A stretch of DNA of 64,000 bases, taken from contig OZ296650.1 of NCBI GenBank assembly GCA_965655095.1, positions 28,148,001 through 28,212,000 of the forward strand, in the 5' to 3' direction. Shown here in pieces: positions 51,450 to 62,100 of the stretch (within the stretch, counting starts at the first letter, position 1; the number at the start of each line of letters is the position of its first letter). The position numbers and the translations under genes are program-made. Source of the DNA: Haplodiscus bocki (lineage: Eukaryota). Below the pieces are notes generated by a model. That model was given only the letters and a program-made list of their open reading frames with translations. It had not been told where the DNA came from and searched no databases.

Positions 51450-54400
51450 TCAAAACTATTAGTTTACTTTCCTCTATCTTCAAAAGAATTGAGTGCAAGC
51501 TTTCGAATTTTTGTTGAACTTCTTCATGTTCAAAGTTTGTAATCACAAAAATATCCACATGTTTTTCATATTCACCATCTCCAGTTAAACAATTTAAAAA
51601 ATCTCCACCTGAATTTTTTACTAGCTGTTTCAGTGGTTAATTTTAATTAGCCATATTTTCTGTTTCATTATGTTTTTCGAAAAAAAATAACCTTCGCTCT
51701 CAATTCACCTATTTATCTTTCGAAATACTTTTCTATCTTGAACGTACATAATACTTTGTTTTAATTCTTACTTCACTGAGGATATTTCTTAGTTTAAGAA
51801 GTGAAAAATCGAATGTATCTTTTTTCTCTTGTAGTTTTTCCTTTTATCAAACCGTATCTTCATTTCTAATACTAAGTACAAAAGAGCCACAGTCCATCTA
51901 ATGCAGCTCCGGATCATTCCGCCCAGTCGATTATTGCATTTTTTGTAATAATTTGGATAGATGTGGTGTTTAGATCGTTCCAAAGCAACATTTTTCGAAA
52001 TTAGTGGTTCGTCAAACATGACTTCTTTTTTTGAACGAAAAAGTTGTGAAGTTTTCGTACGATTATGTTCCTGCGAACGTATACATACTTTTTAAGTAGC
52101 ATGATCTCTGCTTTTGGATACAAGTCCCATGTTCAATTAATTGCGGACATTCTCCATAGTTCTTCCGTAGCAGTAATTAAATATAAATTTTTACAAGTTT
52201 CTCCACTTTCATTTTTGGTGGCAGCTTGTTTGTATTTCTATTGAAACAATTTTCCCATCTCGTTTTTTGTCCGAAACTTATGAAATTCCGTACATATGTC
52301 ACGCGCATACCTTGTGAGATATAATATTTCTCTTTTTAATGAAGTACCAATTTTTTTTCTTTTTTTCGTCCAGTCGTAGATTACTTTTTCCTGTGGAATA
52401 TGCTTTATGAAATCTTTAGGTGCATGCTTTTTTGATATTTCGTTCTTTTCCAGACAAAATGAAAAGCTGCGATGTTTCTTTTTAGGTTTATCAGTGAGTA
52501 ATAAAAGAATCTGAACAGCAAATACTTTTTCAGCACCATCTTTTGTGGCTATAATTGTGTGTATATCCGCTGTGTTGTCAGTTTTGTTATTTTTGAGATA
52601 AATTTTGTGACTTTCCGAATCATATAAATTAATAGTATCTGTATACAATATCTTACTGTTGATGTCCTTTTTTAAATGTCTATCACACTTTACACGGCCT
52701 ATTTTTTGCTAATATGCATTTCAAATGGAAGTTTTGTTTATCTTTTTCCAGTCTTTTTTCCAACAGATTTCAAACTAGCAGCCCGAGTAAATCCTGGTAA
52801 AGCAACAAATTATAATGAGTTGATAGTATGCTCCTCGTTAATTTTTTTATATCCCTCAAATAAATCAGCTGGTATTGTTATATCGGATTTCATACGCAAC
52901 ATTGTTAGATCCTTGCCTGTCTTGAGATCAATTCTTTTGATTATATCAACCGTTCTTCCCATTTTCTTTTCTGGTGACTTCCGTTTCAACTTTTGATGGA
53001 AATGTTCAGGTTATAATCTTACTAAATGTCAGGAATTTTTTTCAAGTGAGCTGAAATGTTCATAATTTATATGCTAACTTTTCTCCGATTTGGTTTTGTT
53101 GACACAAGGAATTTCACTGCTTTATGCAAGGAATTTCACTGCCTCCAGAAGCTGGAATTGTATCTATCCTTGTTATGGGTTCAGATTTAGGAGATGAAAT
53201 TCTTGTGTTATTTTGAAGTCTTTCAATTTAAGATTGTATACTAAAATATCAACACTTGATTGAAGAAATCCTTAGGAATCCTTTAATCGAAAATATCCAT
53301 GGTCTGGAGAAATCGGTATTTGAAAGTACTTTAAGTTTAGCTTTATCGTTGCTAACTTTTGCTAAAGTTTTATAGAACGACTGAGAATCATAAATACTGA
53401 GATTGTGGAATATCACTTGGACGAAACTGGATTTCGACGGTTGACATTTAACATACAGAATTGATGAGCAGCTCCTCTATGTTTTCTTGTTGATTGATAG
53501 CGATCTCCAACTTTTATATAGTTATTCGAAAAGTAAACAGTAAGGCTATTGTTTAATTGTGACAAATTGGCGCGAATCATCTTTTGTTTTGTTAAGTAGT
53601 ATGTTTTCTCATGGAGTTAGAAACGCATTTTGTTTTCTATTTCTACCATATCATCAAGAAAATGTATCATAGAACTTTTTCCGAATTGGAATGATATCCA
53701 GACGTAGTATCGTCAACCTTTATGTCTGATACAATCCGATACAATCCAAAAGAAACTGGCTTGGTGCTATCTTTTATTTGTTCTTTTTCGTTTGGGTACG
53801 TTGCAAGTTTAAGCATGTCCATAAACTGTAGGATTTTTTTGTTAGTATTTCATTTTATATCAATAAAATATTTCTCCTCGTGAAAGTTCATAATACATGG
53901 TTCATTACCTAAACCTAGGCTCTGGTGTTTAATCAAAATTGCTTTTGTTGAATGATATATTACATTTTTAACAAGCATAACTCTTATCAGGTAAAACCGA
54001 GAAATGTAGGCAACTTTTCTTACTGAACAAAATTGCTTTTTGAATAACGATCAGTGTTCAATTCTTTTATCATTCAAAAAGATTTTTGAGGCATGTGAAG
54101 GTATAATTATATTTTCATCATATAAGTCAAATGCGTTAATGATTATTCAATTTTGAATTTCTCAAAATCTTTTTACCACCATTATCGACGTCTAATCTTT
54201 TTGTTTTCGCAGAAATAACTTCCTCTTTTATAAAGAGATGTTTTTCTAACATGGTAAGGATATGATGAGAACGACCGCATTGAACATTTTTCATCTTTTT
54301 TATCGTTTGGGGTTGTTTTAGTTTTCAATGTAACTTTGACATAAAGTGAGCCTCTCATCGAATATTTTTTGAAAAGAAAATTTGCTGCTGATTGAACTCC

Positions 54401-55330
54401 ATCAGAACTCGAACCCGACCCTTTCATGTTTTTGTTTTCGGATGCGGTTTTTAATTGACGTTTTTTATCTTGTTAATCTAATTGTCTTTCTGTTCTTTAA
54501 CTACGCTTTTTTCAAATTTTATTTCGTTCGAATCCATTCTCATTCAAGGGTGCTTGTTTTTTCAAATGAACCCTTGAAATTACCTTGCAATATATCTTTT
54601 TGTTGTTAAATTAAGCCTGAATTTTTATACCATTTATTTTAAGAACAGAATTTGCATCTTCACCATGTATAGCTTTGTCCATCTTTAGCATAAACTGTAT
54701 CTTTTACTGTAACATGGTCCTCTACAGCAGTTTATATTTTTGTATGAAATCTTTTATCTCTAGCTCGTCTCTCTTGCTTTAAATGTACAAAGGAAAATGG
54801 ATTTGATTCTTCTACTTTAATCAGTAGATTCACAGCAAAATTTCTTGGTTGTGGGACCTTATTTTTGCGTTTCGTTTTCTGACAATTTCTGAGTTATATT
54901 TGTACTTTTAACTTAAACTTTGTAGACTTCACAAAACCTTTCACTGAGTGCTTATTTTATTGAGACTCAGTTTATAGGTTTATTGTTTTAATTCATTTCG
55001 ATTTTTTTAGGAATATGAACATCAGAGAAAACACCAAACATCCTTTGATGGCTTAAATGCTGCTCATGTTTTAAATGATTCTCTGAATCGTTTGATCTGT
55101 ATTATTTTTCGCAAGTTTCATACAATGTCTTGACTCCACTGCTGTTTAGATGCTTATTGGATCGATTGTATCTTGCATCTTATTGATTTAAGTAAGATTT
55201 TATTGCGATGAGAACATTGACTGTAACCATCTTATTGATATTTCTATTGCTTGAGTTGATTCCTTTTATTTAGAAAGTATCCCTTTATGCACGCTTGCAA
55301 TAAATCACATCTTCTTGATTTCAATTTGGA
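51450..55330 (-). pseudogene. protein-primed DNA polymerase B of Polinton 2
   Basis: KVIYDWT.K block, N.K..AAT..E...KF.....YG.T.ENVR (motif B region ~52220-52140), C-terminal FNCL.G..Y block; zinc-finger-like 5' end near 55100-55300. Confidence 0.75.
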
Positions 55331-55446
55331 TAGTTTTTCCTTGACACTTGCGTTCCCTGTCAAAACTTTTGACAGTTTTTTTTTCCTTTTACTAAATCAG
55401 TATTTCCTGGAGTGTTCTCCTGCCCGGCTTGACGTCTCAGAGACAT

Positions 55447-56005
55447 TCAGCGCTGATCAGCTCTGATTCAGAATACTTTCAGGTCTGTTTCAGCGCTGTT
55501 CATTACCTGAAAATCTCAACAGCGCTGATTCAGCTCTGAACAGCGCTGAAAACCGAAATTTTCAGAGCTAAAAATCAGCGCTGAAACAGCGCTGTTCAGC
55601 TCTGAAACAGAGCTGATTCAGAGCTGAACAGCGCTGATTTTCTCTGAAACAGCTCTGAAACTGGAAATTTTCAGAGCAAAAAAATCAGCGCTGAATCAGC
55701 TGTTTCAGCGCTGATTTTCTCTGAAACAGAGCTGATTTTCTCTGAAACAGCGCTGAAACACCAAATTTTCAGAGCTAAAAATCAGCGCTGAAACAGCGCT
55801 GTTCAGCTCTGAAACAGCTGATTCAGAGCTGAACAGCGCTGATTTTCTCTGACACAGCGCTGAAAAACCAAAAATCCAGAGCAAGGAAAATCAGCTCTGA
55901 ATCAGTGCTGTTTCAGCGCTGATTTTCCCTGAAAGAGCTGATACCCACCGAAGCCTTCCTAAACAGCTCTCATCATTCCTGATTTTCCCCTGAGACAACG
56001 CTGAA
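55447..56005. repeat. palindromic CAGCGCTG/CAGAGCTG/CAGCTCTG minisatellite
   Basis: Dozens of CAG-NN-CTG octamers spaced ~10-11 bp; cagagc(t/a)a..aaatcag anchors near 55561, 55670, 55768, 55876 give a ~105-bp subunit and ~207-bp higher order. Confidence 0.95.
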
Positions 56006-56029
56006 CATCCCGAGACATCTCATTTTTTT

Positions 56030-56885
56030 CCGCAAACTTCTGCAGGAAAGCTCAGATCTTAAAGCTTTCCTGGAATTTTAGAATTATTCCGTTATGGCAA
56101 AAATAGATCTTATTCTCTTTCCGCAGATTTTCTCTAGGTAACCACAGATCTTAAGCTCTGGAAATTTGGATCTTAGTGTTTTTTCGCAAATTTCTGCAGG
56201 AAAGCTCAGATCTTAAGCTTTCCTGGAAATTTAGAAATTATTCGGTTATGGCAAAAATAGATCTTATTCTCTTTCCGCAGATTTTCTCTATGTAACCACA
56301 GATCTTAAGCTCTGGAAATTTTGATCTTAGTCTTTTTTCGCAAATTTCTGCGGGAAAGCTTAGATCTTATCTTTCCGGGAAATATAGAAATTATTCCGTT
56401 ATGGCAAAAATAGATCTAATTCTCTTTCCGCAGATTTTCTCTAGGTAACCCCAATTCTTAAGCTCTCTGGAAATTTGGATCTTAGTCTTTTTTCGCGACT
56501 TTCTGCGGGAAAGCTAAGATCTTATCTTTCCTGGAAATATAGAAAATATTCCGTTATGGCAAAAATAGATCTTATTCTCTTTCCCCAGATTTTCTCTAGG
56601 TAATCCCAGATCTTAAGCTCTCTGGAAATGTAGATCTGTTTTTTTTTCGCAAATTTCTGCGGGAAAGCTTAGATTTTACGCTTTCTGGAAAATAGATCTC
56701 ATCCTTTTTTTTCGCAAAGGTCTGCAGGTAACCTTCCATTTTATATGCTTTCTGGAAAATTATTGCCTATTCCTCGGCAGAACCTAGATCTCATTCATTT
56801 TTAGTGAGTTGCTGCAGGAAAGTTTAGATCTCACTTGCTGGAATTTCAGATCTCATTCTCCTTCGGTAAAAACTAGATCTTTCTA
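56030..56885. repeat. ~154-bp tandem repeat built of ~38-bp AGATCT-centred subunits
   Basis: gttatggcaaaaatagatc at 56091, 56245, 56398, 56553; decays to the right. Confidence 0.95.
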
Positions 56886-57492
56886 AAAAGAGAAGAAAAA
56901 AATTTTTTTACAAAAAAGAACGATAAAAAAGCATCATTATGAAAAATAGTCTTTTCTCAAGTCTTTCTGTCCAAAAAACTTCAGACACACTGACCAAGGC
57001 CACTTCTCAAGTTCTGTAGGGCATTGACGTTGCTGAAACAGAAAAACAGAAGAAACTAGAAAATGGCACTCGGAGAGCGCAGATCCCGCGAAAGCCCTTG
57101 GAACTCCGATATCCTGGATCGTAACCCAGTCGTTGATATTTCAGATCGCTGATCCCTTTTGTGTCTTTGCGTCCACACAGATTTATAAACGACCATTTCT
57201 CTGGTCATATTGTTTAAGTGTACAGCAGTGGTGCAGACGGGAGACTCCGGAGATGAAGATTCTGGGTTGAAGCCCCGGTGACCACGAAATTTTATAATTG
57301 TCCCGCGGATCAGAACAGTAACAAAATATAAAATTGAAAAATTATCTTTTGTCACCGGGGATCGAACCCACAATCTCTCGAGACTCGCATATATACCACT
57401 CGTCCACCCTTGCGCAAGTCATCGACGGAATAAGTTGTATATATGTATGAACCACTACTGCACTGAAAGACTGGCTATAATTTCCCACTATC

Positions 57493-57709
57493 AAAATCGA
57501 CCAGTAGTTCATGAGAAACAGTTATCCGGATCCCAGATCCGGATTTCAATCCGGATCACGCCCAACTTTGAACTCGGTCTTCCTATGATCATAACCTCCC
57601 TACTCACCAAATTTCATCAAAATCGGACCAGTAGTTTATGAGAAATCCTGCTAACAAACAAACAGACACACGAAGGTGATTGCAATATCCCGCTTTTCGC
57701 GGGATAACA
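57493..57709. repeat. ~217-bp direct repeat copy 1 (element 5' module)
   Basis: Near-identical to 58876-59093. Confidence 0.95.
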
Positions 57710-57725
57710 GACAAACAAAAAATTT

Positions 57726-57799
57726 TGTCCACACAGAGGTTCGAGCTCTCGACTCTCGCGTTTTTAGCACAATGCTCTTACCGACTGAGCTATAGGGCC
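57726..57799 (-). tRNA. tRNA-Ile-derived pseudo-tRNA, anticodon AAA (copy 1)
   Basis: GGCCCTATAGCTCAGTCGGTAAGAGCATTGTGCTAAAAACGCGA...; T-loop CTCGAAC variant; followed by a T-run. Confidence 0.7.
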
Positions 57800-57821
57800 G
57801 TACACATCAAACAAAAAATTT

Positions 57822-57895
57822 TGTCCACACAGAGGTTCGAGCTCTCGACTCTCGCGTTTTTAGCACAATGCTCTTACCGACTGAGCTATAGGGCC
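57822..57895 (-). tRNA. tRNA-Ile-derived pseudo-tRNA, anticodon AAA (copy 2)
   Basis: Identical to copy 1 at 96-bp spacing. Confidence 0.7.
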
Positions 57896-57963
57896 GTACA
57901 CATCTGAATACTATTATCAGATTATTATTATCAGATTACTATTATCAGATTAACAAAAAATTT

Positions 57964-58037
57964 TGGCCACACAGAGGTTCGAACTCTCGACCCTCGCGTT
58001 TTTAGCACAATGCTCTTACCGACTGAGCTATAGGGCC
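57964..58037 (-). tRNA. tRNA-Ile-derived tRNA-like gene, anticodon AAA (copy 3, best fold)
   Basis: 74 nt; GGCC/GGCC-A acceptor end, D stem GCTC/GAGC, anticodon arm TTGTG-CTAAAAA-CGCGA, GTTCGAACC B box, T6 terminator. Confidence 0.75.
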
Positions 58038-58077
58038 GTACACATCTGATTACTATTATCAGATTAACAAAAACCTT

Positions 58078-58151
58078 TGGCCACACAGAGGTTCGAACTC
58101 TCGACCCTCGCGTTTTTAGCACAATCCTCTTACCGACTGAGCTATAGGGCC
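58078..58151 (-). tRNA. tRNA-Ile-derived pseudo-tRNA, anticodon AAA (copy 4)
   Basis: As copy 3 with one D-stem substitution. Confidence 0.7.
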
Positions 58152-58342
58152 GTACTCAGCTGATTAGTCTTATCAGATTACTATTATCCTGGATCTGATT
58201 GAAATCTTGATCCAATCAGGATCTCCAGATAACTGTTATCAGGATCCAACAGGACATCCTGGATCGTAACCCAGTCGTTGATATACATTACCTCCTATTT
58301 TGAGAAATCTTGCTAACAAACAAACAGACAAACAAAAAATTT

Positions 58343-58416
58343 TGTCCACACAGAGGTTCGAACTCTCGACCCTCGCGTTTTTAGCACAATGCTCTTATCG
58401 ACTGAGCTATAGGGCC
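58343..58416 (-). tRNA. tRNA-Ile-derived pseudo-tRNA, anticodon AAA (copy 5)
   Basis: Same body; D-loop GG changed to GA. Confidence 0.7.
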
Positions 58417-58610
58417 GTACTGATCTGATTACTCTTATCAGATTACTATTATCAGATTACTATTATCCTGGATCTAATTGAAATCCTGATCCAATCAGGA
58501 TCTCCGGATAACTGTTATCAGGATCCAACAGGATATCCTGGATCGTAACCCAGTCGTTAATATACATTACCTATTTTGAGAAATCCTGCTAACAAACAAA
58601 CAAAAAATTT

Positions 58611-58684
58611 TGTCCACACAGAGGTTCGAACTCTCGACCCTCGCATTTTTAGCACAATGCTCTTACCGACTGAGTTATAGGGCC
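58611..58684 (-). tRNA. tRNA-Ile-derived pseudo-tRNA, anticodon AAA (copy 6)
   Basis: Same body; substitutions in the D and anticodon stems. Confidence 0.7.
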
Positions 58685-58724
58685 GTACACATCTGATTAC
58701 TATTATCAGATTAACAAATAACTT

Positions 58725-58798
58725 TCGCCACACAGAGGTTCGAACACTCGACCCTCGCGTTTTTAGCACAATGCTCTTATCGACTGAGCTATAGGGCC
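58725..58798 (-). tRNA. tRNA-Ile-derived pseudo-tRNA, anticodon AAA (copy 7)
   Basis: Same body; several substitutions. Confidence 0.7.
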
Positions 58799-58875
58799 GT
58801 ACTCCTCTGATTACTCTTATCAGATTAGTATTATCAGGTTACTATTATCCTGGATCTGATTGAAATCCTGATCCA

Positions 58876-59093
58876 AAAATCCGACCAGTAGTTCATGAGA
58901 AACAGTTATCCGGATCTCAGATCCGGATTTCAATCCGGATCACGCCCAACGTTGAACTCGGTCTTCCTATGATCATTACCTCCCTACTCACCAAATTTCG
59001 TCAAAATCCGACCAGTAGTTTCTGGGAAATCCTGCTAACAAAAAAACAGACACACGAAGGTGATTGCAATATCCCGCTTTTCGCGGGATAACA
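58876..59093. repeat. ~217-bp direct repeat copy 2 (element 5' module)
   Basis: Near-identical to 57493-57709. Confidence 0.95.
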
Positions 59094-59104
59094 ACTAATA
59101 TCAC

Positions 59105-62100
59105 AACCAAAACAGGTTGTGCTTCACGAAGATCGATCTCTCGAACTTCTCACAAGAGCGAAACAAGCCGAGTACAGAGAGAAACAAAGCGATGTTTTTG
59201 GACGGACTCGACGACATTTTAGAAAGTTTGTGTCTTGGTTTTGGTGGCATCGGCCAACCTTTTCACCTTTTCAAAAAACTTGTACGGAAACCATCAAAAC
59301 CATTGTACACTTCCAAAACGACAAAGACCACATTTCCAAGAAATGGACTGTTTTTTATTTGGCATGGTATGAGATGTCAAACACACGACGTAAAAAAAAA
59401 CAAAGTATCAAACGTAGACTCTGAAAACCAGCCCAGCCAAACCTTGACTCTGCATTTGAACAAAGAACACGTATTGTTTCAAGTAGAGAGATCTCAGCAA
59501 ATTCTCAAAACAACTTTTTTAGTTACAACTAAAGAATCAAACCAAACAGAGCTCAAAAAGACATTTTTGGAACGTAGTCAACGTCGTTTTGGAAAGTTTC
59601 TATTTTGCTCAAGGAACAAAAGCTGTTTTTATAAGTATTCGGTATCGCAAGACATCTCAAACGCAGGATGTAAAGAGCCAAGGTACCAAACGTAGCCTTC
59701 AAAAACTAGCGCAGGCAAAACCCAACACTGCAGTCGAACAAAAATAGGTATTAATTCACGAATATTAATCTATCGAACTTCTCACAACACCTTTTTCAAT
59801 CACCACTAGAGAAACAAGCCAAGTACAGCTCAAAGCGAAGACTTTGGGCCGCCCTCAACGTCATTTTAAGAGGAATGTTAACTGGTTTTGGTGACATTGG
59901 CCGACATTTTCAAAGATTTGTACAGAAACTTTCAAAAGGAATGTACACAATCCAAAACGACGAAGACCACGTTGCCAAAAAATGAAGAACTGTTTTTTTA
60001 ACAATGGGTACTGTATATCTCAAATACACGACTTAAAACCCATTATCAAACGAAGCTTTCGACAACCAGCGCAGCCCAAACGTGACTCTGCATTTGAAGA
60101 AAAAACACGCATTGTTTCAAGCAGAGAGATCTGAGGAAGTTTTCAAAACAGATTTTTTAGTTACCACCAAAGAAACAAGCCCAGCAGAGCTCAAAAAAAA
60201 CTTTTTTGGAACGTACTCAACATTGTTTTGGAAGGTTTCTATTTTGCTCAAGAAACAAAAGCTGTTTTTGTAAGCTGTTTTTATAAGTATTCGATAGCAC
60301 AAGACATCTCAAACGCAGGATGTAAAGAGCCAAAATACCAAACGTAGCCTTCGAAGTCTGGCGCAGCCGAAACTTGACTGCATTCGAAAAAAAAACACGT
60401 ATTGTTCCAAGTAGAGAGATCTGAGGAGGTTCTCGAAACAATTTTTTTTTGTTACAACCAAAGAAAAAAGCAGAGCAGCGCTCAAAAAGACATTTTTGGA
60501 ACGTACTCAACGTCTTTTTGGAAACTTGGTGTTTTGCTTTCGGTGAAATTGGCCAATATTTTTCGGAAGGTTTGTGCGAAAATCATCAAAACAAATGCAC
60601 ACAATACAAAACGACGACGACCACGTTTCCGAAAGAATCAAAAGCTGTTTTTATAAGTATTCGGTATCGCAGGACATCTCAAACGCAGGATGTAAAGAGC
60701 CAACGTACCAAACGTAGCCTTCAAAAACTAGCGCAGGCAAAACCCAACACTGCAGTCGAACAAAAATAGGTATTAATTCACGAACATTAATCTATCGAAC
60801 TTCTCACAACACCTTTTTCAATCACCACTAGAGAAACAAGCCAAGCACAGCTCAAAGCGAAGACTTTGGGCCGCCCTCAACGTCATTTTAAGAGGAATGT
60901 TAACTGGTTTTGGTGACATTGGCCGACATTTTCAAAGATTTGTACAGAAACTTTCAAAAGGAATGTACACAATCCAAAACGACGAAGACCACGTTGCCAA
61001 AAAATGAAGAACTGTTTTTTTAACAATGGGTACTGTATATCTCAAATACACGACTTAAAACCCATTATCAAACGAAGCTTTCGACAACCAGCGCAGCCCA
61101 AACGTGACTCTGCATTTGAAGAAAAAACACGCATTGTTTCAAGCAGAGAGATCTGAGGAAGTTTTCAAAACAGATTTTTTAGTTACCACCAAAGAAACAA
61201 GCCCAGCAGAGCTCAAAAAAAAACAATTTTGGAACGTACTCAACGTTGTTTTGGAAGGTTTCTATTTTGCTCAAGAAACAAAAGCTGTTTTTATAAGTAT
61301 TCGATAGCACAAGACATCTCAAACGCAGGATGTAAAGAGCCAAAGTACCAAACGTAGCCTTCGAAGTCTGGCGCAGCCGAAACTTGACTGCATTCGAACA
61401 AAAAACACGTATTGTTCCAAGTAGAGAGATCTGAGGAGGTTCTCGAAACAATTTTTTTTGTTACAACCAAAGAAAAATGCAGAGCAGCGCTCAAAAAGAC
61501 TTTTTGGAACGTACTCAACGTCTTTTTGGAAACTTGGTGTTTTGCTTTCGGTGAAATTGGCCAATATTTTTCGGAAGGTTTGTGCGAAAATCATCAAAAC
61601 AAATGCACACAATACAAAACGACGGAGACCACGTTTCCGAAAGAATCAAAAGCTGTTTTTATAAGTATTCGGTATCGCAGGACATCTCAAACGCAGGATG
61701 TAAAGAGCCAAAGTACCAAACGTAGCGTTCGAAAACTAGCGCAGCCAAAACGTGACTCTGCATTTGAACCAGAAACACGTATTGTTTCAAGTGGAGAGAT
61801 CTGAGGAAGTTCTCAAAACAGCTTTTTTAGTTACAACCAAAGCAACAAGCCCACCAGAGCTCAAAAAGACATTTTTGGAACGTACTCAACGTCGTTTTGG
61901 AAAGTTTCTGTTTTGCTCAAGAAACAGCTGTTTTTATAAGTATTCGATATCACAAGACATCTCAAACGCAGGATGTAAAGAGCCAAAGTACCGAACCTAG
62001 CCTTCGAAAACTGGCGCAGCCGAAACGTGATTCTGCATTTGAACAAAGAACACGTATTGTTCCAAGTAGAGAGACCTCAGGAAGTTATCAAAACATATTT

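Larger units (their letters stand above)
46300..55400. mobile_element. Polinton/Maverick element 2 (degenerate, very AT-rich, different family)
   Basis: Capsid genes on + converge on ATPase/protease/pPolB on - (see sub-features); left boundary uncertain. Confidence 0.75.
57054..59093 (-). mobile_element. non-autonomous Helentron/HINE-type rolling-circle element with duplicated 5' module and tRNA-like cargo
   Basis: Minus-strand 5' end TTATCCCGCGAAAAGCGGGATA hairpin (59070-59091, repeated at 57686-57707); complementary subterminal repeat atcccgcgaaagc at 57083-57095; 3' stem-loop 57066-57080, then CTAG-TTT at 57059-57053. Confidence 0.75.

Noticed and set aside
57716-58800. CRISPR-like repeat/spacer appearance
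   Set aside because: The repeats are 74-nt tRNA derivatives, the spacers are themselves repetitive, the context is eukaryotic and there are no cas genes.
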